In this document: positions 51,801 to 64,000 of the stretch, in pieces
Layout of the letters: each line of letters opens with the position of its first letter
How positions within the stretch are numbered: the stretch's first letter is position 1
Assembly: GCA_012295275.1 (NCBI GenBank)
Contig: CM022672.1
Span: 20,274,001-20,338,000 of the forward strand
Reading direction: 5' to 3'
Source: Chrysomallon squamiferum
Lineage: Eukaryota; Animalia; Mollusca
DNA length: 64,000 nt
Notes under the pieces: model-generated
What the model saw: only the letters and a program-made list of their open reading frames with translations
Database searches by the model: none
Told to the model about the DNA's origin: nothing
Program-made: the position numbers and the translations under genes

Positions 51801-53458
51801 GTGAGAACATCACTTAATTACCTGTGTTACACTGCTTCTGTTACAAATAATTTTTACTTTTATAGTCCGTTAATTTCTTCTTTTGTGTTTGGTTGACATG
51901 GACAAAAAATATGGCGGGAAATGTTTGGGTTTTTTTCTGTTGTTTTTTATTACATACTACATATTTTCAGTTGATTCTGATAAATAAATATTGACTTTTT
52001 GCAATTTATAAAATTCCTGATTTTATTCCAAATACATCTATATAAGTTGGGATGTATAATGAAGAGTGACTGATATTATATTAAACAATAAATCAAGATT
52101 CTATTAATGCTTATAAATTTTTAAGATTAATATAATTGAGAATTTGATACCTAAGAATTTAATAAGCATTTACAGACAAGGCGTGATGGAGGCACACATG
52201 CTCATACATGTGTCGCTGTAATGTGATAAAAGGAAATCATTTATTTTTTGGAAATTACTTATTTTAATGGTCTTGCTCACATAGTATTTGCATTTGGTTC
52301 CAATTTACTTTTGATCTTTGTTATTCAGCTGCTATAAGAAATTTTCAAGAGTTTTTTGGGGTTGTTTTTTGTTTTTTTAAATTTAAATCTGCACTGAACT
52401 AATGAGCAATCATTTGTTTGACATAGCTTTGCTTTGTGGTTTATTAAGTTTTCTTTGAAATTTATATTTCTTTGTTAATAATAACCCAATCTTCAGTCTC
52501 TTAACAAATCAGATGTTTTATGTAGGTATATGGTATGTAAATTGAAAACAGAGTATTTGATTTGATGTTAGTTATTTTTAATATAATTCAATATTTATTA
52601 TTATAACAGAAATCAGTAGGAAATAAATCATAAATAGGATAATTTCATCAAATTAAATACATACTCATAAATTATTAAAATCAATCTTGCAATATATTTT
52701 ATAAAACACACCATTAATTATTTTACAATATTTTAAAAAATACTTTTGTGGTTATTTTTATATTTTTTGCCGATGTATAAATGTGCAGTTTTATGATAAA
52801 CAAGGAAGTTTGTGGTTTTATTGCTTGAAAGAATAATGATTTTGAGATGTTTTGAATTCTGTTTATAAACATCAATCATGTAGAAATTTGTTGCAAATGA
52901 TAAAATAATAAATTATCTTCCACGTTCAGATGCATTAAATAATTTTTCAAATTAACCTGGAATGAACCTGTTTTAAACACAAAAATTAAAAAATAAAACA
53001 AACATGTAAAGTAAATAACTAAATTTTTGGTAGGTAGTAAGATTTGCTGGATGTTCTTAGGAAATCAGATTCATTAATGCTAGATACTGCAATATTTCTA
53101 GCAGTGTTTAATCTGTTGTATATTATTTTGACAAATGGAAATATATTTTAATTTTTCTTTTTCATCTTTATATTTAAAAAAAGTTTTTATCTGCTGCTTT
53201 TTATTTTTTTGTTTATGCATCATTATGTTTTGTCACAAATTATGTTTCATTAATTAGATCTAATTTCTTTTAAGTGCCACTGAATCTCTTGATATTTATT
53301 TTTGTTTGTTTATTGATTCTAGTCAATTTGTTTTAAATTTGCAATTTAAACATTTCTGGAAGAACTCATTAGAGTTACTTACAAATAAAAAAGATAACTA
53401 TGACATTTATTCATAGTAAATCAGTAAATGTCAATATATTTATAAAAACGTATACAAG

Positions 53459-53492
<34 letters not shown>

Positions 53493-55259
53493 TGTAAATG
53501 AACAAAATAAAAAGCTTAATATATTGTTTTTAATCTGCTCATTTGTTCAAAAACAATTTTCATACAGAATTCATTCTTTTGTTTTCAAAAAATGCACAGG
53601 CTCCTCAAATAAGAAAACTTATGAATAAAGAAATCTCTTATTGTTGTGACCTTTCACAATTTATTCAGCACCGTAACAATGAAAACCAGACTCCAAGGGA
53701 AGACATTGAGCTTTATGGTAAAACAAACTGATTTGACTCGACATTAATACTGATACAATAGCTGAAATAATTATGTACAGTTAGCATAAACGTGATTTCT
53801 TTCATCAATTCTACATTTTTCAGTCATTTCATTTTAGCTGGTTGCAAGATCATTATTTGGAGAAAAAAAATTAACCTAATGTAAAATATGCTCTTTTTAT
53901 TTCTCCCTTAACATAAATCAGAAATCAATTTTGAAAATGAATTGTTTTTAATATGAAAAACCAAATGATATTGTAAATTATTATTCTAGGTTATATAAAT
54001 TATCAACAATATTTTGATTTGAGTCACACCAATCTCCAATCACATTCTTTTCAGTTAATATACAACTCGTACAAGATGGAAAAGAACAAAACAGAAAACC
54101 TGAGTCTGTTACTTTTTAATAACAATAACATTTAATTGACATATCTTCCAAGTCCTTTTTTATAGACCTCCATTAGCATTAGTTAAAAAAAAACAGAAAA
54201 AAAAAATATATATATATACCGAGTTCCATTAAAACACAATAAGAAAATTTTAAATACATTAAGCTTATTATATTATTAATGTGATTACCTATCCCATAAT
54301 GAATCTTTTGTACATTTTAAATCTGCTGAAACTATTAAGGTAATTAGAAATGTCTGCTGATAGTGAAAATATTAAATTTTTAATACAATTATTTTCTTCA
54401 TGTTTTAATTGAGAATGAAATGACAATTGTGGGAAATTGTACATTGACAACATTTATAACAATGACTAAAGCAATAACACTATCCATTCATCTGAACACA
54501 CAAAAAAAAAACAATGTCAACAAGCCATAATAAAATATATAACATTCTTTTCTAACAATTTATCACATAAATAACAGGTACATACAACTGATCAATGATA
54601 TATATATACGAACAGGATGCATAAGCAAATCTAAAACAGGTTGTAAGTTGTAGAAAATATATTTTAATACACAGTTCTATAGATCAAGTATTATTTATAT
54701 ATACATATACACACATATATATAAACAAACATATACATGCACATAAATATACATATATACCTACATACATGTGTATGTGTGTGTGTATATATATATATAT
54801 ATATACAGTTTTTGTTTGTTTAAATACAAGTTATTAACTAATTATGAGAGTCAGTATGTTACACGACTTCACTTCTCTAATTTTAAGACGATTGTTTTGG
54901 GGGTTTTTGTACTGTGAAATTGATCATAGGATCTTCTACAAACCAGTTACTCATCTTCTAATATAATTTTGCTAAAACGTGCTACACTAGCCATCAAATT
55001 TTGTCTCTACACAAACATATTTGGAAAATATATTTCTGATAATAATTTGCTGACATTAGACTGGAAAGCCGTTCTCAAATTAGATGTTTATCAAGCGTTA
55101 CTGTGCCTGCTTTGTGACAAAATGATGAAAATATGAATTAAATTTGTAATAAAAAAGCAAAATTTGATTCCATTTTCAAAACTGCAGTAGTAATTCTCAA
55201 AAACATAATCCAAAAAATATAAAAATGTTTTACAATAATAAAGTTTCATTTAATAAATT

Positions 55260-55400
55260 AACAAAAAAATATAAATTATAATAAAATATATACAATAAAT
55301 ATAAAATAAATAAATAAACAAAAAAAATATAAATTATAATAAAATATATACAATAAATATAAAATAAATAAATAAACAAACAAACAAACAAACAAACAAA
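55260..55400. repeat. ~58-bp tandem duplication plus (CAAA)n in the PPP1R11 3'UTR
   Basis: AAAAAAATATAAATTATAATAAAATATATACAATAAATATAAAATAAATAAATAAAC occurs twice, followed by CAAA repeats. Confidence 0.8.
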
Positions 55401-55554
55401 AACACTGTTTGTCAAGCAAATATATCAACAGGCTTTTCGCTGAAAATATCAGTATACTGTACATAGTAAAAGGTCAAAAACACTGCAGGGATGATGCACT
55501 ACATCACAGTCGGCCTGGACTGTTGTCTCTTCATTTGTACAAAAACGACAACTG

Positions 55555-57461
55555 CTAACTGCTGGGAGTCGGTGCTTCTGAATCACCAGCCTGTTCCCCT
55601 GAATAATAAAAACACACAAAGAGTTTATTTACCAAATTTTACTTAAACTACTGCTATCTTTAATTTCATTAAAAAAAAATAAAAACACACCTAAAAACAA
55701 CAACCCTTCAAATAGATAGGATATTTCATCAGAATTATGTATATAAAATTTTAATATATTTACCATTTTGTGTCTTAATAAAAACAGAGTGTTTTTAAAA
55801 AAATTCTGAATAAGGTAGCAAGTACTGTAAATTCTTAGTTTAGAACAAAATATCTTACCACCATTGCCTTCATGATGATGATCATGAGCTTTGTAACATT
55901 TCTTTTTATGACCTCTGCAGTTTCCACCACAACCATCTTCATCATCTTCATCCTCTGAAGATGATTCACCAAAAAGTTTAGGCTTTTCATAAATACAACA
56001 ACCTGTATAAATGCAAGTGTAACTAATATAAGTATATATGTACAACAACCTGGATAATCATAAAAATAAGCTGTATAAGTGTATTTACAACAAACTGTAT
56101 TTAAACATAATAATACTTGTATAATAAGTATTAATAGAGAAATCTATCAAAACAGAAGTATAATAATGTGTATATGCATATTTGCAAAAATCTGTATAAT
56201 CTGGACAACAATCTGGATAAGCTTAAGTACCAACACCTGTACAAAATGCTGAATTAGCATAAGTTAAAATACATATATGTAAGCATAAGTAAATACAAAT
56301 TGTGCTTAACACAATAACACACAATCTTGAATCTGTATAAGAATAAAAAATGACCCAATAAATGTGAAAAAAAAAAAAAAAAAATCTGTTTAATTTCAAT
56401 TGACATCACGAAAATAAAATGTTTCCAACTTAACCATGAACAATTCTGTATTACTATATCAACAGGTATTTTCTTGATTGTGTGGAGCAATAAACTATTT
56501 TAAGAATTTAAATAAAACTGTGTATTAAATTTTTTGATTTAATACATTTTTAAACTTTTTCTTTTGTAACTTTCAAACATAAGAATTATATATATAAACT
56601 TTTAGCCACCAAATCATGTGAATAACATAAAAGAATCTAACATTTTGATTTTTTCTTGTCCATATTTTCATTGTCTACAGTTTCTGTAGTCCATTTAACC
56701 TTTTTGTCTGGTTTTGGTTTATGTAATTTCAGCCTCAGAACAGGACTTGTCTGAAATGAAATAAAATAAGAGTTTATTTTTTAACATAAAAATACTGTTG
56801 TCCATCACAAAAAAACACCCTAAATAATACTGATACCATTTAATTTCGACATCACTTTTAAATACTCATTACCACAGTTATTATTATTATCTTACGCGTG
56901 ACAGTGAAATCAATGATCATTCATTCATTGTGAAATATGTCACTTTTATCAGTTTGATCAATAATATTTTTGTCATATCTGATTATTGCTTGTTATAATG
57001 TAGAAGGAAATATTTTTATTTTAACATATAATCATTTTCAAATATGACTTTAAATCCGCTTTTGATAGTTATCTTATTAATCTAAAATAAAGTGATAAAT
57101 CACGTGAAAGAACAGTCACATTATTATGATTATATTTATAGTGCCATAATCAATCATTTTCAATTTTCACTAAACGGTAAAATCGAATCTAAGTTTAAAA
57201 TAATTTTTGATTCAAATATGCAAAAGAAAAAAATATATATTAAATTAATACCAAACTAACTTAAATAATTTACATTAAAATTTAAATGATTAATTCCAAC
57301 GTTTTGACAGTAACTGAGTAAGCTTAAGTTAAGCATTAGTGAACATGCGCACTTCCGCCGACTTCAGTCGTTTCGAATGAAACATGTTAAAATAATTTAT
57401 AACTTACCGGCACCTCTGTCACAATTGTTTCCGTTTGCGAACCTGTCGCGGACGTTGCCAT
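55555..57461 (-). CDS. PPP1R11: Protein phosphatase 1 regulatory subunit 11 (Inhibitor-3), ~116 aa, 4 exons
   Basis: Exons 57461-57408 ([18 protein letters not shown]), 56750-56642 ([32 protein letters not shown]; RVxF-type motif KKVKW), 56002-55859 ([20 protein letters not shown]...), 55598-55555 (ends ...PTPSS*). Inhibitor-3 signature VDNE-x-KKSKCCCIY is present. Confidence 0.94.
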
Positions 57462-57637
57462 ATTTTGCAATTCTACGGTCACAAATTTCAAATTACTGAT
57501 TTATAAAATCGAAATACAAATAAAAAATTAACATGATCAACAGAACGTTTACATCCACAATTACTTCCCTTTAATTTCTTAATAATTTTCCTTCTTTTTC
57601 TTGCGAGCCCTTTCTTTATGCAAAAGAATCGGTTCTT

Positions 57638-57640
57638 ATT

Positions 57641-57683
<43 letters not shown>

Positions 57684-57698
57684 TTATTATTATTATTA

Positions 57699-57740
<42 letters not shown>

Positions 57741-57741
57741 T
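57638..57741. repeat. Compound (TTTA)n/(TTA)n microsatellite upstream of PPP1R11
   Basis: Read directly from the sequence. Confidence 0.9.
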
Positions 57742-58634
57742 AATGTTTTGGATGTCTTTAGTTTTCTCTTTTGATACATCCAAAGCACTGTAATCTTCAT
57801 CATTATTATTATCATCATTATTTTACGATCACGTATTTGCGTGCGCGTGGGTAAGTAAGTGTGAAGTAAAATGTCACAGTTTTTTAAACCATCATTTATT
57901 TGTGACTCACTTTTAATTATACGAATAAGAAAACGTCAAGAAATGGTTGTTATCATATGAATTAATTATTCTTCTATTTCGAAATGAACAGAAGTAGAGA
58001 TTTTTCATATGTTCGTAAATCGGATTTAAAGAATCAGCTAATGTAGAATGATGTTGTTTTATAATGAGGATATTACATGTGGAAATAAATAAAATAATCT
58101 CTTGTATTTTCCATCTTTCCTTTTTTTTTTTTTTTTTTTTTTTTTTTTCTGTAACCCTATTTCGCAAAAACAGAAGTGTGTAAAATAAACAAAGAAATAA
58201 ATATCCCTAGTGGATCATAATTTATCCAGACTATCAATAACCTGTTTTAATTTATTTATTTTTATAATTATATTTTTAAAATTATTATTATTATTATTTA
58301 TTATTTTATATATATATATATATATATACGTTTTTGTTTTTTTTTGTTTTTGTTTTTACATTTCTGTGTATAATGTTACGAATCGAAAAAGTTACTGCTA
58401 ATATGCAACACCGCTGAGCTAATTGTTTTATTATTAACAAAGATTGGTTTAAGGTAATAATTATGTTTTTTTTTTCTGGTAGTGAAGAGTAAGAACGGTG
58501 AAGTATTGTTGTAAGAGAATTCATTGTAATTAAGTAAGTAAACAACAGACTGAAAATTCTAAGGTGTACAGCTTCTGCTTCTCTCACGTCTCTCCAAACT
58601 CATACTGAAACTTCACAGACGTGGAAGTAGTCTA

Positions 58635-58935
58635 CATGCCCGTAACTGCATTGAAGCAAATAAGGCAAATGCTTCACACCAAACTTCACGATTTTTAATT
58701 AATTACTATTTTTATTTTTTTTACAAATATTTTATTTTAAAAATATAAAATATAAATCTCTATTCCGAAAGAAACGATATCCACTGAATGAATTCTAAAA
58801 ATTCCAGGAAATGGCTAGAATCGAGGATTTTGCGTCTTTCAAATCGGAGCTTCTGGGTACCATAGTCGGCCATAGTTGGCCCCCAGACACCTCGTCCAAT
58901 GTTTTTTGCCCCGCTCCGCTCGGCGATTAAATGAT
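58635..58935 (+). mobile_element. Decayed non-autonomous DNA element, copy 2 (longer internal region)
   Basis: CATTGAAGCAAATAAGGCAAATGCTTCA...AAATATAAAATATAAATCTC...CACTGAATGAATT...GCCCCCAGACACC...GGCGATTAA, collinear with 2941-3195. The interior is GC-richer than the flanks. Confidence 0.65.
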
Positions 58936-60001
58936 ATTATTATTATAAAAATAGTCACGTATTTCTGAGACACTGATAATATCTATCACATGCTTTCGAA
59001 CAATAACTAATAATAAGAACTACATTGTCTCTTTTAAGAAACAGCAACATAACTAAAATGATAGAAAATAATACCGTGAATATTTATTCATTGTGAGATG
59101 CATACAAAAAAAAAAAATAAAAAAAAATAGAAAGATACTTTTAAACTATTCATATTTCTTTATTTGAAAAATCTTACATGGCTTTGATGCTGACAATGTG
59201 GTTTAGTACGTCATCTGCAGGATGAAGTGTTTAAAAAAAAAACGTTCATAATAATTATGTTTTGTTCACAGAAGTGCTTATTATCTAGGTCTCTTTGTGT
59301 GTAGACCCACGATAAATGTATATATTTTTAATTTGTGATTTTTTAAATTATAAGTAGAAATATTTTTGAAACTTCTTTAATTTGCCACATGGCACACATA
59401 ATATGATAAATTTAAAAATTATAAATAAACTTTTTGTATTTCAACAGTATTTAACATAAATGGTTTAACCAGTCACAGTGATACAGAGAGAAATTACATC
59501 TAGGACTGACTGATTCTTGTATTCTGGATCCTACCAAGGATACACATGATGTTTTAGAACGTTAGTATCCCCATCAGTTTAACGTTGGATTGATAAAAAT
59601 AACCTGCTGGGTGTAACTATAAAACACAGTGCATGGGTTTACTCCTGTAACAATCTTTAATAATAATTAAAAAATAAAAATTTAAAAAAAAAAAGACAAT
59701 AAAGAGATAGCAAGTCTGCAGACGCTATTTCGCCACGAACATTTTACTGATTATAAAAAAATATAATGTACTCTGATAAGCAGTATAAAACAAACTGTAA
59801 AGAAAAAAAAACAATTAAAGGTAATTTCTATATATTATACATAATATACATGTATATAGGAAGCTACCTTCAATTATATTTTCTCTTTACAGGTTGTTTT
59901 ACATTGGTTATCAGAGTGTTTTAGATATTTTTATTTATATATATAAACTGATTTTTTCTGCATATTTAAAAACTGTGATAATTATGTTTTGGGTGTTTTG
60001 T

Positions 60002-60279
60002 TTATGTTTCACTGTTTAAATCCTCATTCCTTCGGATCAGCATGATTCCATCTCTGATAGGCAATAAAACCTGTAAAAATAATACATAATTAAATAAATC
60101 ATTTTATCATACTGTCAATGTACAAATAATAGTTCGATGAACTAATTTTGTGTGCTTTCTTATGACACAACAGAGCGTTAGTAGTTGAAGTGTGGTAGAT
60201 GTGGTGATACGAACAAAAAACCTTTCTGTTGTTATAAACCCATATCTTGCAACTATTTTTTGTTAATAATAAAATATGA

Positions 60280-60335
<56 letters not shown>

Positions 60336-60733
60336 CGATGATGAGGCTAACATTCTCCCTTTTTCGTATTTCCAGTTTGTACGTGAGCGTGTTTATTTGT
60401 GCGTCTATAACTACCTAAAATATTCAAAAAAATTTTGCTGCAACTTTATAATAATTTAGAAAGAAAGAAAGTGAAAGAAACAAAACAAAAACCACCAAAA
60501 AAAAACCTCAGCCAAAAAAACACACACACACACACAAAAACCATTTATTTAAAGCTGAATAAAGAAACGGTTTTATTTCACGTACCCTTTGCACTCTTGA
60601 ATCTGCCATGATCTTTCTGTTGAAATTTGCCATGGTGTCATCTGGTAAGAGGTATGATCGGCCAAACCAAAGACTGTTATCTACAGCGATCGTACCACGA
60701 GGTGCCAGGATATTTTTATCCAGCAGCAACTAA

Positions 60734-60802
<69 letters not shown>

Positions 60803-63237
60803 CAGCAACAACAGCAACAACAACAACAGCAGCAACATCCTTGACGTATATATTAAATACAGATATATTAATCATCTGGATTAATTATACAAGTTGTAGC
60901 AAGAAACGAACATGAGAAAAGTCTAAGAAAGAAGAACAGTTACTTATAATTTTCTTCTTTAAACAGGGCCTTTTCATCCGTAACTAACAAGTTATTCTCC
61001 CAACACCCCTTCACGAAAAGTCCAACATAATGACAATTACAACAATATAACATACCCCAAAAGCACTTCACTGGAATTGGCATTTGCGATTCTATTAAAT
61101 ATCCACTAATCTGTTTATTTAGTACCCGACCTTCTTCCTCTGCGTAATGCTTTCTCAGGTATCAGTATATTTATATGACTAATCACTGTAATCATGAACA
61201 AACCGAATGTTAATTTTGTTAATACGGAATCTATTTATTTTTGTTTAATTTTATTGTAATATTTACATCAAAATAGACGCCGTAGTTGACTTTGTCAGCG
61301 TCAATGAAAGCAAAGTCAATCTGAATGCCATCTGCTGCTAATGCATTCAGTGTGTCCACTGCATTTCCTGCGTAACAACAACAACAACAATGATAATAAT
61401 AATTAATAAGAAGAAGAAGAAGAAGAAGAAAAAGAGAATAATATTTCTAATTGACAAGAGAGTAAATAAAAACTTTTGTATTTTTTAATATATATTTCCA
61501 AATGCTTGGTTTATTTATTTATTTATTTATTTATTTAATCTTTCATGATAATAAATTACATATGAATGTTTGGTCTAAATTAAAATTTCTCCACACTAAA
61601 CTGATCCAAAAGAGAATGGCAATGTCGAGACCCATATTGGATTTGGAATAATATCATTTTCTACTTTTTCTTTAATAATAATAATTATAATCTGCACTAA
61701 ATTAGAAGCTGTATAATTATAGAGAAGTATTTCTTAATAAATATCTATAAATATATAAACATTGAGCTAGCTACATTTAATAAACTGTATTAAGTTTTAT
61801 AAATAATAATTACTGAATCATTTTTGTATTCAAAACACATATTTAAATGCTTTCAAAATATGAGCATTTAATTAATTAATGTGATTTTTTTTTTTTTTTT
61901 TTTTTTTTCCAGCGTTTTACCAAGTCGGATTTCTATTTTCTTCCCATGGGGTGACGAATCAAACACTTTACGATTGATGTCCGCTAGATACTGCTCACAG
62001 TCGCACGTGAACACTTTACCGTCTGCAGGAAGAGCTTCCGCCATTGAAAGCGCGCTATATCCAGTAAACATACCTATGTCTAGAACGTACTTTGCTCTCT
62101 GCATGCTGACCAGGAACTTTAAAATAGACCTATTTAAATGAGATTAACAAAATATATAAATATCCATTTTTTTCTTATGTACCTTTCTAAAGAATGATAA
62201 CGTTTCAATTTTGAAGAATATTAATTAATTAAGCAAGCAATTTAATGTAACATTTTTGGTTGAAAATTAGAGAAAGCTCAAAGATTTCGGAGACATACCA
62301 TTCGTTTGTTTATTTATTTATTTATTTCTGGGATTTCTCCTTTTATGTTTCCTGAAAAGTAGGTAACAATTCAGAAATGTTGGTATTTCTGCTGGTATCA
62401 TGAGTCTGGAATTACGGGGACATCAACAAACTTCGTCCTTGGAAACCAGTGAAACAGTTTAGAATGGAGGAATTACATAACTGAAGATAAATAAAAATTG
62501 TCGCTCTTTGGTTCATCCATTTCCGAAATATCTTCAACTTTTCATGTAAAAAATATATCATTTACTAATTTAGTGTTTATCAGTTAGTAAGTAAATAATA
62601 TTAACAAGCAACTTATTTGTACTGATTGCTATCAAATACTGAAAATGGATACAACCAATTCCGTATTAAATACTGAAAATGGATACAACCAATTCCGTAT
62701 TAAATACTGAAAATGGATACAACCAATTGCGTATTATGATTTGACGGCTACTGGGCTAGATACAATAAAGCCTCCAATAATATGCTCAAAAAACAAAAAC
62801 ATGAAATAAATTTTAACTTTTAAGCTCTGGACTTCTGGAATGATATTCTGCAAGCCCATGCCTTAAACAGGCACCATCTTGCTTTATCGTGGGTCTCGAA
62901 ATGTATTATGGCATAAAATATGTAACATACCTTCACCACAGCCAGTCATCATACTAGTTACCATCATGTTTTTAGTTTTTCCAGTTTTATGTAAGTTTTC
63001 CCAGTTCGCTGTGAGGCTGAACTCGATAATTTTCGCCAACTCTTTTCCAGGTGGTGAACAGGTCGTTTCTACATAATTATTACGAGCATCGGAGAGTTTC
63101 AAAGCTTTGTCAATGGCGTCTTTGACTTCCTGAGGCCAGTTGTTGTATCCATCTTGTTTTTTCAGATTGTCCAAATGTCGGTAATATGGCAGAAAGTTTG
63201 AACTGTTCTCTAACGAGGGGAAGTTAAGTTCCGACAT
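60002..63237 (-). CDS. SAM-dependent O-methyltransferase (Methyltransf_3 / CCoAOMT-MdmC class, MysB-like), ~276 aa, 5 coding exons, with an apparent 1-nt frameshift at the start of exon 2
   Basis: Exons 63237-62931, 62129-61921, 61367-61267, 60729-60586, 60070-60002. Motifs: VLDIGMFTGYSALSMAEALPADG (SAM binding), SPHGKKI, FAFIDADK, LAPRGTIAVDN, VLLPIRDGIMLIRR. As assembled, the exon1/exon2 join reads G|GT CTA TTT TAA; one extra T restores EGLFLKFLVSMQRAK. Confidence 0.88.
60734..60836. repeat. (AAT)n + (CAA/CAG)n compound microsatellite next to the OMT exon 4 acceptor
   Basis: Read directly from the sequence. Confidence 0.9.
62634..62735. repeat. 34-bp tandem repeat x3 in OMT intron 1
   Basis: AAATACTGAAAATGGATACAACCAATTCCGTATT at 62634, 62668 and 62702 (last copy has 1 mismatch). 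No spacers. Confidence 0.92.
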
Positions 63238-63388
63238 TCTGAAGAAAGAACATAAATTAAACTGGAATAAATAAATAATAATAATAAATAAATAATGAAT
63301 GAATGAATGAATGTATGTATCGGTGTATGCATGTATATGTGGAGTATATGTGTATGGATGCATATATATGTGGGTTTATGTATACGTT

Positions 63389-63429
<41 letters not shown>

Positions 63430-63667
63430 CTTACTGTCCGTTTTTGCTTATGTGTATGCATGTGTGATTGTGAGATAAGCTGGTGCATTGGTATATATAT
63501 ATAATATCTAAGTTATGCATTTATCATTGATAACAACGAAATCAACAGCTTGTTATTTTATTAGATGTTACTCAATACTCGAAACCGAGGTAACATGAGC
63601 TTTTCTTAATATAATATTATCGTGAATCAACTATCAAATTTCAGTTGAATGAAGAGCGAATATTATT

Positions 63668-63702
<35 letters not shown>

Positions 63703-63898
63703 GTGTGTGTGTGTGTGTGTGATATCTATATATTTTTATATCTAAGTATCTCGATTTATCTTTTGCTTACAAAATATAGCTTCAGTACAGTATTTGTTGT
63801 AGATTTTGAAGTTATGGAGATACAAGGATGGGAGAATAACATTGAAACAAGACTGTTTTCTTCGAAGTTGAAAAAAAAAAATAAAATAATAATAATAA

Positions 63899-63929
<31 letters not shown>

Positions 63930-64000
63930 AAAGAAAGAAATGAAAATAAATAACCCTTCAACAAGAAAAAAAAAACAACAGAAGAACAACAGAAAAAGAA

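Noticed and set aside
62634-62735. 34-bp direct repeats resembling CRISPR repeat length
   Set aside because: The copies are head-to-tail with no spacers, inside a eukaryotic intron, and there are no cas genes. It is a simple tandem repeat.

Overview
This is AT-rich animal (invertebrate) genomic DNA, probably mollusc or other lophotrochozoan; that assignment is inferred from repeat types and gene style. It is not prokaryotic. Six protein-coding genes were reconstructed by hand from GT-AG splice sites. (1) An ELAV/Sex-lethal-family three-RRM gene with an intronless CDS (9125-10111 +), a housekeeping-type promoter near 4.9 kb and a long U-rich 3' region. (2) ODF2/cenexin (19 coding exons, ~850 aa, +). 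(3) TBC1D13 (14 exons, ~389 aa, -). (4) FBXW5 (6 coding exons, ~648 aa, +), head-to-head with TBC1D13. (5) PPP1R11/Inhibitor-3 (4 exons, -). (6) An intron-containing SAM-dependent O-methyltransferase (-) that looks more like cyanobacterial MysB (mycosporine/4-deoxygadusol pathway) than animal COMTD1 and carries an apparent 1-nt frameshift. Repeats include Tigger/pogo-derived elements, a probable DNA-transposon family with 2 copies, decayed SINE-like copies, and micro- and minisatellites. The most notable observations are the MysB-like OMT, an optimal-Kozak overlapping uORF plus U-tract in front of the Sxl-like ELAV CDS, tandem arrays made from duplicated splice acceptors in two different genes, and a gene set matching the vertebrate MHC paralogon.
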